64,000 nucleotides of DNA from Bacillota bacterium (GTDB taxonomy: Bacteria; Bacillota; Clostridia; Christensenellales; CAG-138). The notes beneath the pieces are model-generated. The model searched no databases, was not told where the DNA came from, and was given only the letters and a program-made list of their open reading frames with translations. Positions within the stretch are counted from its first letter, which is position 1, and each line of letters starts with the position of its first letter. The stretch is taken from positions 34,340-98,339 of the forward strand of contig JBCFAY010000012.1 of assembly GCA_038562375.1 (NCBI GenBank), written 5' to 3'. Positions 25,640 through 35,198 of the stretch are shown piece by piece. A program made the translations under genes and the position numbers.

Positions 25640-27040
25640 ATGAAAAAGAATATGCAAAAAATCTTGGTGTTGTTCCTTGTAATCGTCATGCTTAGCCTTA
25701 CGGCTTGCAGCAGCCCGACGAATACCCCCGCGGATACCACCGCGCCCGCGGTTACCGCCCCCCCTGCCGACGTACCCGAAAAGCCTGAGTCCTTGTTGGG
25801 TACAAAGGATGTCACCATCAACTTCTGGCACTGCGCTTCCGATGAAGCCGGTGTGCTGATGGACAAGTACATTAAGGAGTTCAACGAGACCAACGAGTAT
25901 GGGATCACCGTGAACGCGATCTATCAGGGACAGTATTCCGATGCGACTACGCTGCTTAAGACCATCCTCTCCGCTGAGAACTATAGCGAGCTGCCCGACG
26001 TCATGCAGATGGACGCCACCGGCAAGGTGCCCTACTTCAACTCCACAAAGGCCTATACCGTGGACGCCGCGCTCGCGGATCATCCGGATGATGCGTTCCT
26101 CTCCAACTACCTGACCGTCGCTATGGGCAACTGGCAGTTCTCCGGTGCTCAGCTGGGCCTGCCCTTTGCCACCTCCACCAGCGTCACCTATTACAATAAG
26201 AACCTGCTCACCCAAGCCGGTTGGGACAAGGCTCCCGATACCTTCGCGGATGTAGTCGCCCTGTACAATGATATGCAGGCGGCCGGCATGGCACAGAAGG
26301 TGCTGCAGAGCGTCCCGAACTCCCCCTCGCTGACCAACTGGATCGGCCAGCTGGGCAGCTATGTGGTGGACCAGAGTAACGGTACAGGCGGCAACGCCAG
26401 CAAGCTGGTGTGCATTGAAAACGGCACGCTGGCCAAGTTCCTCACAGAGTGGAAAGCAATGTATGACGCCGGCGCGATCCTGAACGAGGACGCCTCAATC
26501 GACCTGTTCATCGCGGGCGACGTGGCGCTGCTAGCGAACTCCTCCTCCAACATCGCCCCCATCATCGAAAAGGTCGGCGGCGCATTTGAGGTGGGCGTAA
26601 GCAACTACCTGCGTGTGAGCAGCGACGCTGCCTATGGTGCGACGGTGTCCGGGTCCTGCGTGGCTATGTTCGATTCCGGGGACGCCCTGCGTAAGGAGGC
26701 TTCCTGGTACTTCATGCAGTACCTGACTTCCGGCGATGTGCAGGCGGACTTCGCGGCCAATACCGGTTACATCCCCGCCAACGTGGCGGCGCTGGAAAAA
26801 GATGTTTACAAGAACGTTACGGTTGAGTATCCGCAGTATGCCGTGGCCTATGAGCAGCTGACCAATACGCCTGCGGACATGCGCAGCATCACGGTTGGCC
26901 CCTCCAAAGACTTCTACTATGCCATAATGCAGTGCTCCTCCGACATGCTTGAGCAGAACCAGACGGTGGAAGAGACCGTTGGGATCATGGCCGATGAGCT
27001 GAACAATCTACTCGCCGAGTATGCGCGCAGCAACCCGTAA
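25640..27040 (+). CDS. Extracellular solute-binding lipoprotein (family 1 sugar ABC)
   Basis: RBS ggaggg. Lipoprotein signal MKKNMQKILVLFLVIVMLSLTAC. Unusually, it lies downstream of the permeases. No ATPase gene is in the locus. Confidence 0.88.
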   Translation: MKKNMQKILVLFLVIVMLSLTACSSPTNTPADTTAPAVTAPPADVPEKPESLLGTKDVTINFWHCASDEAGVLMDKYIKEFNETNEYGITVNAIYQGQYSDATTLLKTILSAENYSELPDVMQMDATGKVPYFNSTKAYTVDAALADHPDDAFLSNYLTVAMGNWQFSGAQLGLPFATSTSVTYYNKNLLTQAGWDKAPDTFADVVALYNDMQAAGMAQKVLQSVPNSPSLTNWIGQLGSYVVDQSNGTGGNASKLVCIENGTLAKFLTEWKAMYDAGAILNEDASIDLFIAGDVALLANSSSNIAPIIEKVGGAFEVGVSNYLRVSSDAAYGATVSGSCVAMFDSGDALRKEASWYFMQYLTSGDVQADFAANTGYIPANVAALEKDVYKNVTVEYPQYAVAYEQLTNTPADMRSITVGPSKDFYYAIMQCSSDMLEQNQTVEETVGIMADELNNLLAEYARSNP

Positions 27041-27139
27041 GGTCCGGGAACAACTGTAACGAAGACCCTGCGGACGCAGGTTGAGTGAGAGCCTACTGCA
27101 ACGCGGCAGGCTCTCTCTTTCAATAACGAAAGGACAGCT

Positions 27140-28042
27140 ATGGAGATTTCTACTTCTACGAATATATGCGCCTTTCAGGCCGGACAGGAACGCAACCCCC
27201 TTGAATTTTGCATCGCGGAATGCGCAAAGGCAGGCTATAAGGTGCTGGATATCAACTTCTGCGAGGCGATGAACCCGAATTCACGCATGCGCGGCGACAA
27301 TTGGGAGGATTACGTGCGCGATATCGGGGCCGTTGGCAAGCGCTGGGGCGTCATCTTCAGACAGTCCCATCTCCCGTACTACGATATCTTTGCGGATAAC
27401 GACTCCGATAAAGTAAAGACCATGGAGGAGCTGATCCGCCGCTCTATAATCGCCTCCGCCATGCTGGGCGTGGAATGGACCGTCACCCATCCCGGTACGG
27501 TCTATTCGGCCGGGCCTGATATGTCGGTTTCGCTTGAACGTAATGTGGAATACTATTCGGTACATGTGGAAACAGCGCGGAAATGCGGAATGGGTATCGC
27601 GCTGGAGAACGAATTCGAATACAGATCGGCTCCCTACCAGCATATGTTCTGTGCGTCTGCGTATGAACTGGTGCAACTGGTGGACTCCTTGGGCGATCCG
27701 AAGCATGTGGGCGTCTGCTATGACTTCGGCCACGGGAACCTGGTGGGCGGCTTCCACAGGCAGAGCCTGAACATCATCGGCCAGCGCCTGCAAGCCATCC
27801 ATGTGCAGGATAACCACGGCCTGGATGACGAACACCTGATGCCCTTCCATGGGAACATCAATTGGGAGGATGCAATGGCGGGCCTTGCCGATATCGATTA
27901 CAAGGGCGACCTGACCTATGAGATCCAGGAATTCGGGCGGTACTTCCCCAACGACCGGAAATACCTGGTGATAGAGTATTCTCTGCGGGTGGGGCAGGTG
28001 CTGGTGGAGATGTTCGAGAACGCCCGAGCAACGCGGCAATAA
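27140..28042 (+). CDS. Sugar phosphate isomerase/epimerase (xylose-isomerase-like TIM barrel)
   Basis: RBS aaagga. GIALENEF, YDFGHGN and VQDNHG metal-site-like blocks. Confidence 0.75.
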   Translation: MEISTSTNICAFQAGQERNPLEFCIAECAKAGYKVLDINFCEAMNPNSRMRGDNWEDYVRDIGAVGKRWGVIFRQSHLPYYDIFADNDSDKVKTMEELIRRSIIASAMLGVEWTVTHPGTVYSAGPDMSVSLERNVEYYSVHVETARKCGMGIALENEFEYRSAPYQHMFCASAYELVQLVDSLGDPKHVGVCYDFGHGNLVGGFHRQSLNIIGQRLQAIHVQDNHGLDDEHLMPFHGNINWEDAMAGLADIDYKGDLTYEIQEFGRYFPNDRKYLVIEYSLRVGQVLVEMFENARATRQ

Positions 28043-28104
28043 CGAAACAGCGCATGCGAAAAGGGCTATGAAAACCCGTTTTTGCCGTGACGAAGGATAC
28101 ACTC

Positions 28105-29817
28105 TCAGCCGATCTCGCCAAGCTTTTTTTTGATCTGCTCTATCGTCGTCATTTTAAGCACCTGCCCCGCAAGTTCCTCAAACGCCTCGGCGCTGCCCGT
28201 GCAGACGGTTTTCTTGACGGCGGGGATGCCGTGCGGATTCATGCTCAGAGCGTCCACACCAAGCCCAAGCAGAACCGGAACAAGCTTCGCGTCGCCGGCG
28301 GCCTCCCCGCACACACCGACGGGGATGCCTCGGGCGTGCGCGTTTTTCACGGTCAGGGCGATCTGTCGAAGCACAGCGGGATGGTACGGCGAATACAGGT
28401 GCGCGACGCGTTCGTTCATACGGTCGACCGCCGTGGTATACTGGATCAGATCGTTGGTGCCGATGCTGAAAAAATCCGCCTCCGCAGCCAGCGCATCCGA
28501 AAGCATGACGGCCGCCGGGGTCTCTATCATGATGCCGACCTCGATCCCGGGGTCAAACGCGATATTCTCCTGCCGAAGCTGTTCCTTTACCTTCCCGATA
28601 ACAGCCTTCGCTTTTATGAGCTCCTCCAGCGCGCTTATCATCGGCAGCATGATCAGAACTTTGCCGAACGCGCTCGCGCGCAGTATCGCTCGAAGCTGGT
28701 TCCGAAACAGCTCCTCGCGGTCGAGGCAGATGCGTATGGCGCGATACCCGAGGAACGGATTGTTCTCCTTGGGCAGGTTCAGATACGGAGCGGGCTTGTC
28801 GCCGCCGATGTCCATGGTTCGGATGATGACGGGCCGCCCCTGCATCCGCTTTGCGACGCTTTGATACGCGGCGAACTGCTCCTCCTCGCCCGGCTCCGTG
28901 GCGCGTTCGAGGTACAAAAACTCGCTCCGGAATAGGCCGACGCCGTCCGCTCCGTTCTGTAGCGCAATCGCCGCATCCTCGGGGTATGCGATGTTCGCCT
29001 CCACGAGTATGCGCTTTTGGTTGGACAGTACCGCATCCATGCCGATGTACGGACGAAGCAGCTCGGCGGTTTTCTTGTTCTTAGCGATCGCCTCGCGATA
29101 GCCTGCGAGCGCGCGCTCGTCTGGGCTGATCTCGACGACGCCCTTCTTCGCGTCAAGGGCGACCACATCGTCGGTTTTTACATTCGCGAGCACGCCGGCA
29201 ACGCCCATCACGGCGGGGATATTGCGGGACTTCGCAATGATCGCCACATGCGTGGTCGTCCCGCCGCTCTGCGTCACGATTCCCACGATGCGCTTTAAGT
29301 CCATCCGCATCAGCTCGGACGGCAAAAGATGATCCGCTACGAGCACGATCGACGCTTCCAACCCCGGGACGTTCCCTTCGCCCGGCTCCTCTATATTCAG
29401 CAACGCGTTTGTGATCCTCCGCGCGACGTCGCGGATATCGTCGACCCGCTCCGCGATCACGTCGCCTCCGGAAGCACGAAAAATGGCCGCAAGCTGTTCC
29501 GTTACAACCTCAAGCGCCCATTCGGCATTGACACATTCTTCCTCTATCATCCCATAGACTTTTCCGATATAACCCGGATCTTCCAGGTACGCAAGGTGCG
29601 TCTCGAAAATCAGGGCCTGATCCTCGCCCAATTCCTCATTTGCCTTTTCGAGCAGTACCTCGATCTGTTCCTTTGCTTTTTGTACGGCCGCATCGAGCCG
29701 CTGCGCTTCCATAGCGCAGTCGTCAACCTGTTTGCGTACGATTTCCTGCGCCTGTTCCCTGATGACGAGCGCATTCCCAATCGCAATGCCGATCGAATTT
29801 CCAGCGCCCTTGTACAT
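28105..29817 (-). CDS. ptsI: Phosphoenolpyruvate-protein phosphotransferase (PTS Enzyme I)
   Basis: Active-site GGTTTHVAIIAKS, the PEP-utiliser motif, and C-terminal GVCGEAAGD. Confidence 0.95.
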   Translation of the reverse strand: MYKGAGNSIGIAIGNALVIREQAQEIVRKQVDDCAMEAQRLDAAVQKAKEQIEVLLEKANEELGEDQALIFETHLAYLEDPGYIGKVYGMIEEECVNAEWALEVVTEQLAAIFRASGGDVIAERVDDIRDVARRITNALLNIEEPGEGNVPGLEASIVLVADHLLPSELMRMDLKRIVGIVTQSGGTTTHVAIIAKSRNIPAVMGVAGVLANVKTDDVVALDAKKGVVEISPDERALAGYREAIAKNKKTAELLRPYIGMDAVLSNQKRILVEANIAYPEDAAIALQNGADGVGLFRSEFLYLERATEPGEEEQFAAYQSVAKRMQGRPVIIRTMDIGGDKPAPYLNLPKENNPFLGYRAIRICLDREELFRNQLRAILRASAFGKVLIMLPMISALEELIKAKAVIGKVKEQLRQENIAFDPGIEVGIMIETPAAVMLSDALAAEADFFSIGTNDLIQYTTAVDRMNERVAHLYSPYHPAVLRQIALTVKNAHARGIPVGVCGEAAGDAKLVPVLLGLGVDALSMNPHGIPAVKKTVCTGSAEAFEELAGQVLKMTTIEQIKKKLGEIG

Positions 29818-29868
29818 AGCCTCTGCCTCGCTTCCAAGTGATTTTACCCGCCGTCAACGCACGATGTA

Positions 29869-30129
29869 TCAGCGGCAATCATCCTCCATGATCGCCTGCA
29901 GTTCGGCTGCGGCGGCTTCCTCGTCCTCGCCGTCGCATATGAGAACGACCTCGTCCCCGCGGTTGGCGCCTAGGCCCAGGATTTCCACCAGGCTTTTCGC
30001 GTTGGCCGTTTTTTCCTTATTTATGATCTGCACCTTGCTCGCGTGCTTTTTGGCGGCTTTCATTACGTTTGCCGCCGGCCGCGCATGCAGGCCGCTCGCG
30101 CATCGGATCACAATTTTCTTGTTTATCAT
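29869..30129 (-). CDS. ptsH: Phosphocarrier protein HPr
   Basis: 86 aa with ASGLHARPA (His15 site) and no obvious Ser46 KS motif context (NAKSLVEIL is present). Confidence 0.9.
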   Translation of the reverse strand: MINKKIVIRCASGLHARPAANVMKAAKKHASKVQIINKEKTANAKSLVEILGLGANRGDEVVLICDGEDEEAAAAELQAIMEDDCR

Positions 30130-30277
30130 TTGATACGCCTCTCTGGTTCAGTGTTCGGATACTATTCCGGATACGCTTACGCCGTTTTGGGCCGCTGTCC
30201 GCGCCCAAAGATGCGCGGACAGCTTATGCCCTGTCGTCCTCGGAATCCGGATACCTCGGAATCCGGGGACCCAACCG

Positions 30278-31099
30278 TTAGAACAAGCCGATCCAACCGC
30301 CGACGAAGCCGACGATCGCGAGCCCCAAAAGGATCTTCCAGGACTTAACCTTCTTCTTGAGCAGCCAGAATACGATCAACGTTGCGGCAAGCGGCAAAAG
30401 ATTCGGCATAATCGCGTCGAAGAACTGCGTCTGCAGATCAAACGTCTGCTGGCCGACCGCAAACGCGACCGTCGTCTTGAGGCTTACGAACTGGGAGATC
30501 AAGCCGCCCATAACCGTGCAGCCGAGGATGCCGGCCGCGCCGATCATGCGCTTCATCTTGCCGCCCGAAAGCAGGGAGGTAACCGCATTGCCGCCGAGCT
30601 TGTAGCCGCGCATCCAGGAGTTGTAGGCGATCGCCATGAGCACGGCCGGAAGGCCGATGAGCACGAACAGCGAGCCGAACACGTTGCCCGTTACGCCGAA
30701 GCTGATGCCGATAGCAACCATCAGCGGGATGATGATGCCCTGTACGAGCGTATCGCCGATGCCCGCGAGCGGTCCCATGAGGCCGGTCTTGACCGCGTTG
30801 ATCGAATCATCGGTGATATCCGCGCCGGCGGCCTTTTTCTCTTCCATCGCGATCGTCGCGCCGTGGATGATGGAGCCGAGGTTCGGATCGGTGTTGAAGA
30901 ATACCAGATGGCGTTTGAGGCCGTCCACCAGATCTTCCTGTTTCGGATAGAGTTTCCTTAAAATCGGAGCCATGCACATCGCAAACGCGGTGCCCTGCAT
31001 GCGCTCGTAGTTATAGTTGGCATGGGAGAAGAACTGCCACAGCCAATACGATTTTCTAACATCGCTCTTTGTGAGCTTCTGAGCCACATTAGTTTCCAT
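30278..31099 (-). CDS. PTS mannose/fructose/sorbose-family IID component
   Basis: The N-terminus ...SYWLWQFFSHANYNYERMQG is typical of IID. Overlaps the IIC gene by 11 nt. Confidence 0.92.
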   Translation of the reverse strand: METNVAQKLTKSDVRKSYWLWQFFSHANYNYERMQGTAFAMCMAPILRKLYPKQEDLVDGLKRHLVFFNTDPNLGSIIHGATIAMEEKKAAGADITDDSINAVKTGLMGPLAGIGDTLVQGIIIPLMVAIGISFGVTGNVFGSLFVLIGLPAVLMAIAYNSWMRGYKLGGNAVTSLLSGGKMKRMIGAAGILGCTVMGGLISQFVSLKTTVAFAVGQQTFDLQTQFFDAIMPNLLPLAATLIVFWLLKKKVKSWKILLGLAIVGFVGGWIGLF

Positions 31100-31850
31100 A
31101 GTTCTCCTCCTCCTTGCCCTTGTTGAATTGCAGATAGATCAGTGCGAACACGAGGCCGAACAAGCTTACGCCCACGATGCTGATCTGGAAGTACGCGACC
31201 AGGAGGAAACCGGCAATCAGGAACGGCCAGGTCTCGCTCTTGAGGATCGCGCGCAAGTTCAGGCCGATACCGATCGCAGGGAGCAATCCGCCGACGACGA
31301 TGAGCCCGTCGAGTACGCCGCTGCCCTGGATCGCGTTGAGGAACGCCGCGACGAGCTCGCTTCCATAGACGCCGAACATCGTGACGATCACCATTTTAAA
31401 CACAAAGAGCATAATCTGCGCGGGGACCCAGTTCATCAGCATCACGCCGCGCACGTTCCCTTTTTCAGCGAGCCGATCCGCCCAGTGGGCGAATATCGAG
31501 GAGATGCTCATGCGGCCGAACCAGACGACCGTGCCGAGCAAGCCGATCGGCACCGCGATGGCGAGCGCCACCTCCGTCGAGGTGTTGGCCGAAAGCGCGA
31601 TCGCCGTGCCCGCGTAGCCCGCGAGGGCCATATCGCTCGGGATCGAGCCGCCGACGCTCATGTGCCCAAGGTAAATAAGGTTGATCGTCGCGCCGATGAT
31701 CGTGCCCTGCACGGGATTGCCCATAATAAGACCTACGAGGAAACCTGCGACCACCGGCCGTTGAAGGACGTAATATCCTTCGCCGAAGAAGAATGGCGCA
31801 TCAGCAAAATAATACAAAAAAGCCACAACTATAGCTTGCCACCATAACAT
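31089..31850 (-). CDS. PTS mannose/fructose/sorbose-family IIC component
   Basis: RBS gggagga. Polytopic protein with an RPVVAGFLVGLIMGNP block. Confidence 0.9.
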   Translation of the reverse strand: MLWWQAIVVAFLYYFADAPFFFGEGYYVLQRPVVAGFLVGLIMGNPVQGTIIGATINLIYLGHMSVGGSIPSDMALAGYAGTAIALSANTSTEVALAIAVPIGLLGTVVWFGRMSISSIFAHWADRLAEKGNVRGVMLMNWVPAQIMLFVFKMVIVTMFGVYGSELVAAFLNAIQGSGVLDGLIVVGGLLPAIGIGLNLRAILKSETWPFLIAGFLLVAYFQISIVGVSLFGLVFALIYLQFNKGKEEENYGN

Positions 31851-31894
31851 AACAGTCCCATCCTCCCTTTTACTTTCTTGTTGATCCAGTTTTG

Positions 31895-32368
31895 CTAGAG
31901 TTTCACTTTGCTTAGTTCAATCGACTTCGCATCGGGGAAAATCTGTAGATATACCCGCACTCCTTTCGCTTCGATTTGTTTGAGCGTCTCAAGCTCGCTA
32001 GGAGAAATCTGAATGCTCCTTAACACCAACCTCCTTCCCGGCGCGCATCCCATTCCTCCGACGTTGAGTTCCTTCATATCAGCCCCTCCTTCGAGGAGCT
32101 GCAGCATCACTTCGGGGGTTTTGGTCAATACCATCGTCTTTTTGTCCGGCGGATCGTTTTTGATCCGCTCGATCGCGTCCGCGGTTTTAAGGATATGCAC
32201 GTCGTACTCCCGGGGGGCCGCCATGTGCATGACCTCGCATAAAAAGGAATTGCCGGCCGTCGCGTCGTCGACGACAAATATCCTATTGGTACCGTAAACC
32301 TTGGTCCAGGAAGTCATGACCTGGCCATGCACCAGCCTGTCGTCGATTCGATAGAAGATCACGCTCAC
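31895..32368 (-). CDS. PTS mannose-family IIB component
   Basis: GTG start with RBS aagggaggg. RIDDRLVHGQV phospho-His motif. Confidence 0.92.
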   Translation of the reverse strand: MSVIFYRIDDRLVHGQVMTSWTKVYGTNRIFVVDDATAGNSFLCEVMHMAAPREYDVHILKTADAIERIKNDPPDKKTMVLTKTPEVMLQLLEGGADMKELNVGGMGCAPGRRLVLRSIQISPSELETLKQIEAKGVRVYLQIFPDAKSIELSKVKL

Positions 32369-32383
32369 GGTAGTCGCCCTCCC

Positions 32384-32788
32384 TTATCGTTTTTCCGCAA
32401 GGATTTGAATCGAATTGATGATTTCCTTTTTCCCCGTGTTGCAGGCGATCTCCACCGCCTCCTTGACGCCGATCTCGTCCCGTACCGAAAGAATTTCCAG
32501 CAGCATCGGCAGATTGAAGCCGGAGATCGAGGTGACGCCTTTTTTGAGCACCATCATCAGCGCCGTGTTCGAGGGCGTGCCGCTGTTGAGATCCGATAGG
32601 ATCAGTACGTTTTCGGGCGAATCGAACGCGTCGATCGCCTGTTCGAGCTTCGCGGCGAAAATCTCCGTGGTCTCGCCGGGATACAGCCCCAGCACCGTGA
32701 GGTTTTTCTGTTCGCCCATAATGATTTCGGCAGCCTCGCGCGCACCCGCGGAAAACGCGCCGTGGCTTATCAAAATCAGATCGATCAT
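32384..32788 (-). CDS. PTS mannose-family IIA component
   Basis: RBS aaggag lies 8 nt before the ATG at 32788. MIDLILISHGAFS (His10 site). Confidence 0.9.
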   Translation of the reverse strand: MIDLILISHGAFSAGAREAAEIIMGEQKNLTVLGLYPGETTEIFAAKLEQAIDAFDSPENVLILSDLNSGTPSNTALMMVLKKGVTSISGFNLPMLLEILSVRDEIGVKEAVEIACNTGKKEIINSIQILAEKR

Positions 32789-32813
32789 ATTGTGCACTCC
32801 TTTCAGGAACGGG

Positions 32814-33863
32814 CTAATCGTTCAGATCGATCAGCACACGGTAGGTGTCCGGGCTCGTCGCGCGTTCAAACGCGGTTTGGCAGTCCTTCATTGCATATTT
32901 CTCGGTGATGAAGGGCTTCACGTCCATAAGGCCCAGGGCGAGAAGCCGCGAGGACATCCAGAACGCCTTGATCGTCGGGCTGTAGGAGCCTGTGAGCACC
33001 TTCTCGGTATAATGGATCTTGTTCGGATTAAACGGAACATCCCCGCTCGGATGGAAGGAACCGTAATAGACCAACCGCCCGTTCCTGCCGATCGCCTCGA
33101 TATAATCGGCCGCGAGCTTTAAGACGTTGACCGTGAAGAACGCCACATGCGCGCCGCGCCCGCCGGTCAGCTCAAGGATCTCAGCGACGGGATCCTTTTC
33201 CTTTGGGTCGATCACGATGTTCGCGCCCATCTTCGCCGCCATCTCACGCCGCGCGGGATCCGGCTCGACCAGTATCGTCCTTGCGCCGCGCATCTTCGCA
33301 AGCAGGTTGTGCAGCTGTCCCATGATGCCGCCGCCTACGATCACGACGTCCTCGCCGAACTGGATGTCGGCCTGCTCCATGCTCCTCAGGCAGCAGGCGA
33401 TCGGCTCCGCGAACGCCATCGTCTCAAGATCGACGTTGGGGTTAGGCAGCGGGTACGCCCGATTCGCCGCGATCGCGATATACTGCGCGAGCCCGCCGGC
33501 GCCGGGAATACCGTCGTAAAACCGTTTCTTCGATTTTCCCGTACACTGGTTATCGTTTCCGCGGAAGCAGTTTTCACACTGTCCGCAGCTGTCGTATGTC
33601 TTGACGACGACGGGATCGCCCGGCTTAACCGTCGTAAACGTCCCCTCGCCGATCGCGGCGACAACGCCCGAGACCTCGTGCCCCGGCACAAACGGCAGCT
33701 TCATGTCGCCGCCGGTAAAAATGCGCTGTTCCCAGGTGCAGATCAGGCACTTCTCAAGCTTGACCAGAATTTCCCCTTCCACGGGTTTCGGAGTCGTGAG
33801 TTCCAACACCTCGGCCTTGTTCGGCGCGGTCACTACCACCGCTTTCATTTTTTCCGGGATCAT
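32814..33863 (-). CDS. Zinc-dependent medium-chain dehydrogenase (sorbitol/threonine dehydrogenase or ketose-phosphate reductase-like)
   Basis: GHEVSG, structural-Zn motif CGQCENCFRGNDNQC, Rossmann VVIVGGGIMG. The start at 33863 follows aaggaga. The ORF-track N-terminal extension is Arg-rich and overlaps the aldolase gene. Confidence 0.88.
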   Translation of the reverse strand: MIPEKMKAVVVTAPNKAEVLELTTPKPVEGEILVKLEKCLICTWEQRIFTGGDMKLPFVPGHEVSGVVAAIGEGTFTTVKPGDPVVVKTYDSCGQCENCFRGNDNQCTGKSKKRFYDGIPGAGGLAQYIAIAANRAYPLPNPNVDLETMAFAEPIACCLRSMEQADIQFGEDVVIVGGGIMGQLHNLLAKMRGARTILVEPDPARREMAAKMGANIVIDPKEKDPVAEILELTGGRGAHVAFFTVNVLKLAADYIEAIGRNGRLVYYGSFHPSGDVPFNPNKIHYTEKVLTGSYSPTIKAFWMSSRLLALGLMDVKPFITEKYAMKDCQTAFERATSPDTYRVLIDLND

Positions 33864-33883
33864 CCCTTGTTCTCCTTTCCGCT

Positions 33884-34651
33884 TTATCGTTTGATCTGTG
33901 AGGCTCTTTTCCCGCCGTGCACCAGCTCCACGAGCTTGCGGGTCATGCCTTCGGGATCCTCGCTCTTCCATACGTTCCTGCCGATCGCGACGCCGCGTGC
34001 GCCCGCCGCCATCGCCATCTCGATGCATTCGAACAACGCTTCGGGCTCCGAGGTTTTTTCGCCGCCGAGCACGACGACCGGTTGATACGACGCGCGGATC
34101 ACCTTGCGGTATTCCTCGGCGCTTCCGGCAAACGCGGTCTTGATGATGCTCGCGCCGTATTCGCAGCCGGTGCGGGCGCTTAATACCAGGTTCTCGACGG
34201 AGTTGGGGATCGCGTTTGAAAACCCGCCGGGGAGCATCTCGGCCATGACCGGCAAACCCCAGGCGCGGCCTTCGGAGGCGAGCAACGCGACGTTCTGCAT
34301 GGTATCATGCTCAAACGGAGCTCCCGGGAAGCCCATGCACGCGACCGCGTCCGCGCCGATTCTGAGCGCATCTTCCACGCTATAGAGAAGCCTCGGGCCT
34401 TCCTTGCCTTCACCAAGGCTCGATCCGCCGCCGTCCACGCGCAATATCAGCCCGACGGACTCCAATTCCTTCTGAAAGCGGCTGGCTACGCCGTACGTGG
34501 TAAGCACCGCGTCCGCGCCGCCCGCAACAACCGCATTGAGGATAGGAGCCATGTCGTCCAGCGCGGGATTGACGGACAGCCCCATCCCGTGATCGATCGC
34601 CACGATAACCGTTTTTCCATCTCGCCCAAAAATTCTGCTCAGCCTTCTCAT
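33884..34651 (-). CDS. Class I aldolase of the DhnA/FbaB/LsrF (DeoC-superfamily) type
   Basis: RBS aggaagga. IVAIDHG..., ADAVL, and IIKTAF (candidate Schiff-base Lys region). First gene of the PTS operon. Confidence 0.8.
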   Translation of the reverse strand: MRRLSRIFGRDGKTVIVAIDHGMGLSVNPALDDMAPILNAVVAGGADAVLTTYGVASRFQKELESVGLILRVDGGGSSLGEGKEGPRLLYSVEDALRIGADAVACMGFPGAPFEHDTMQNVALLASEGRAWGLPVMAEMLPGGFSNAIPNSVENLVLSARTGCEYGASIIKTAFAGSAEEYRKVIRASYQPVVVLGGEKTSEPEALFECIEMAMAAGARGVAIGRNVWKSEDPEGMTRKLVELVHGGKRASQIKR

Positions 34652-35198
34652 AAGCGTTATTCCTTCCTGAAATGATCTGTTACGTTTAAAGATATCGCGA
34701 TTGCCGCAAAAACATACTATGTGGAGTTCTTACAAGAATCCGGGTTGTCCTTTGTATAATTCACACAAGTTATAATGATATATCCTAATTCTTTTCGATA
34801 ATAGCACAACCCATAGGTCGCATAAAAATACAAGAATTCAATATGGTTGTTTCAAAAAATCAAACATCCGTCGGCTTTTCCCGTGATTTTTCTTGCGTAT
34901 TAGATTCCGATTCGCCTTGTTTCGTCTATATTTTATCAAGATCAACTGATTGGAGCATCGCGCTTGTTGAATCTATTATAGTAACTAATTGCATTGGAGT
35001 CTATATCTTTTGTTAACAAATCAAACGTTCGGATTTTATGAATTTTCTACAACTTCCCGTATAATTTTCGCAGATTCCACTTGTATGGCCCGCACGGGTG
35101 TGTATAATGAGGATAAACAGGGCCTTAAGGCGTACGGGAAAAGATTGTTATCCCATACCGCTCCAAGGTCGATCCTATTGCCAAAAGGAGGCGGCATT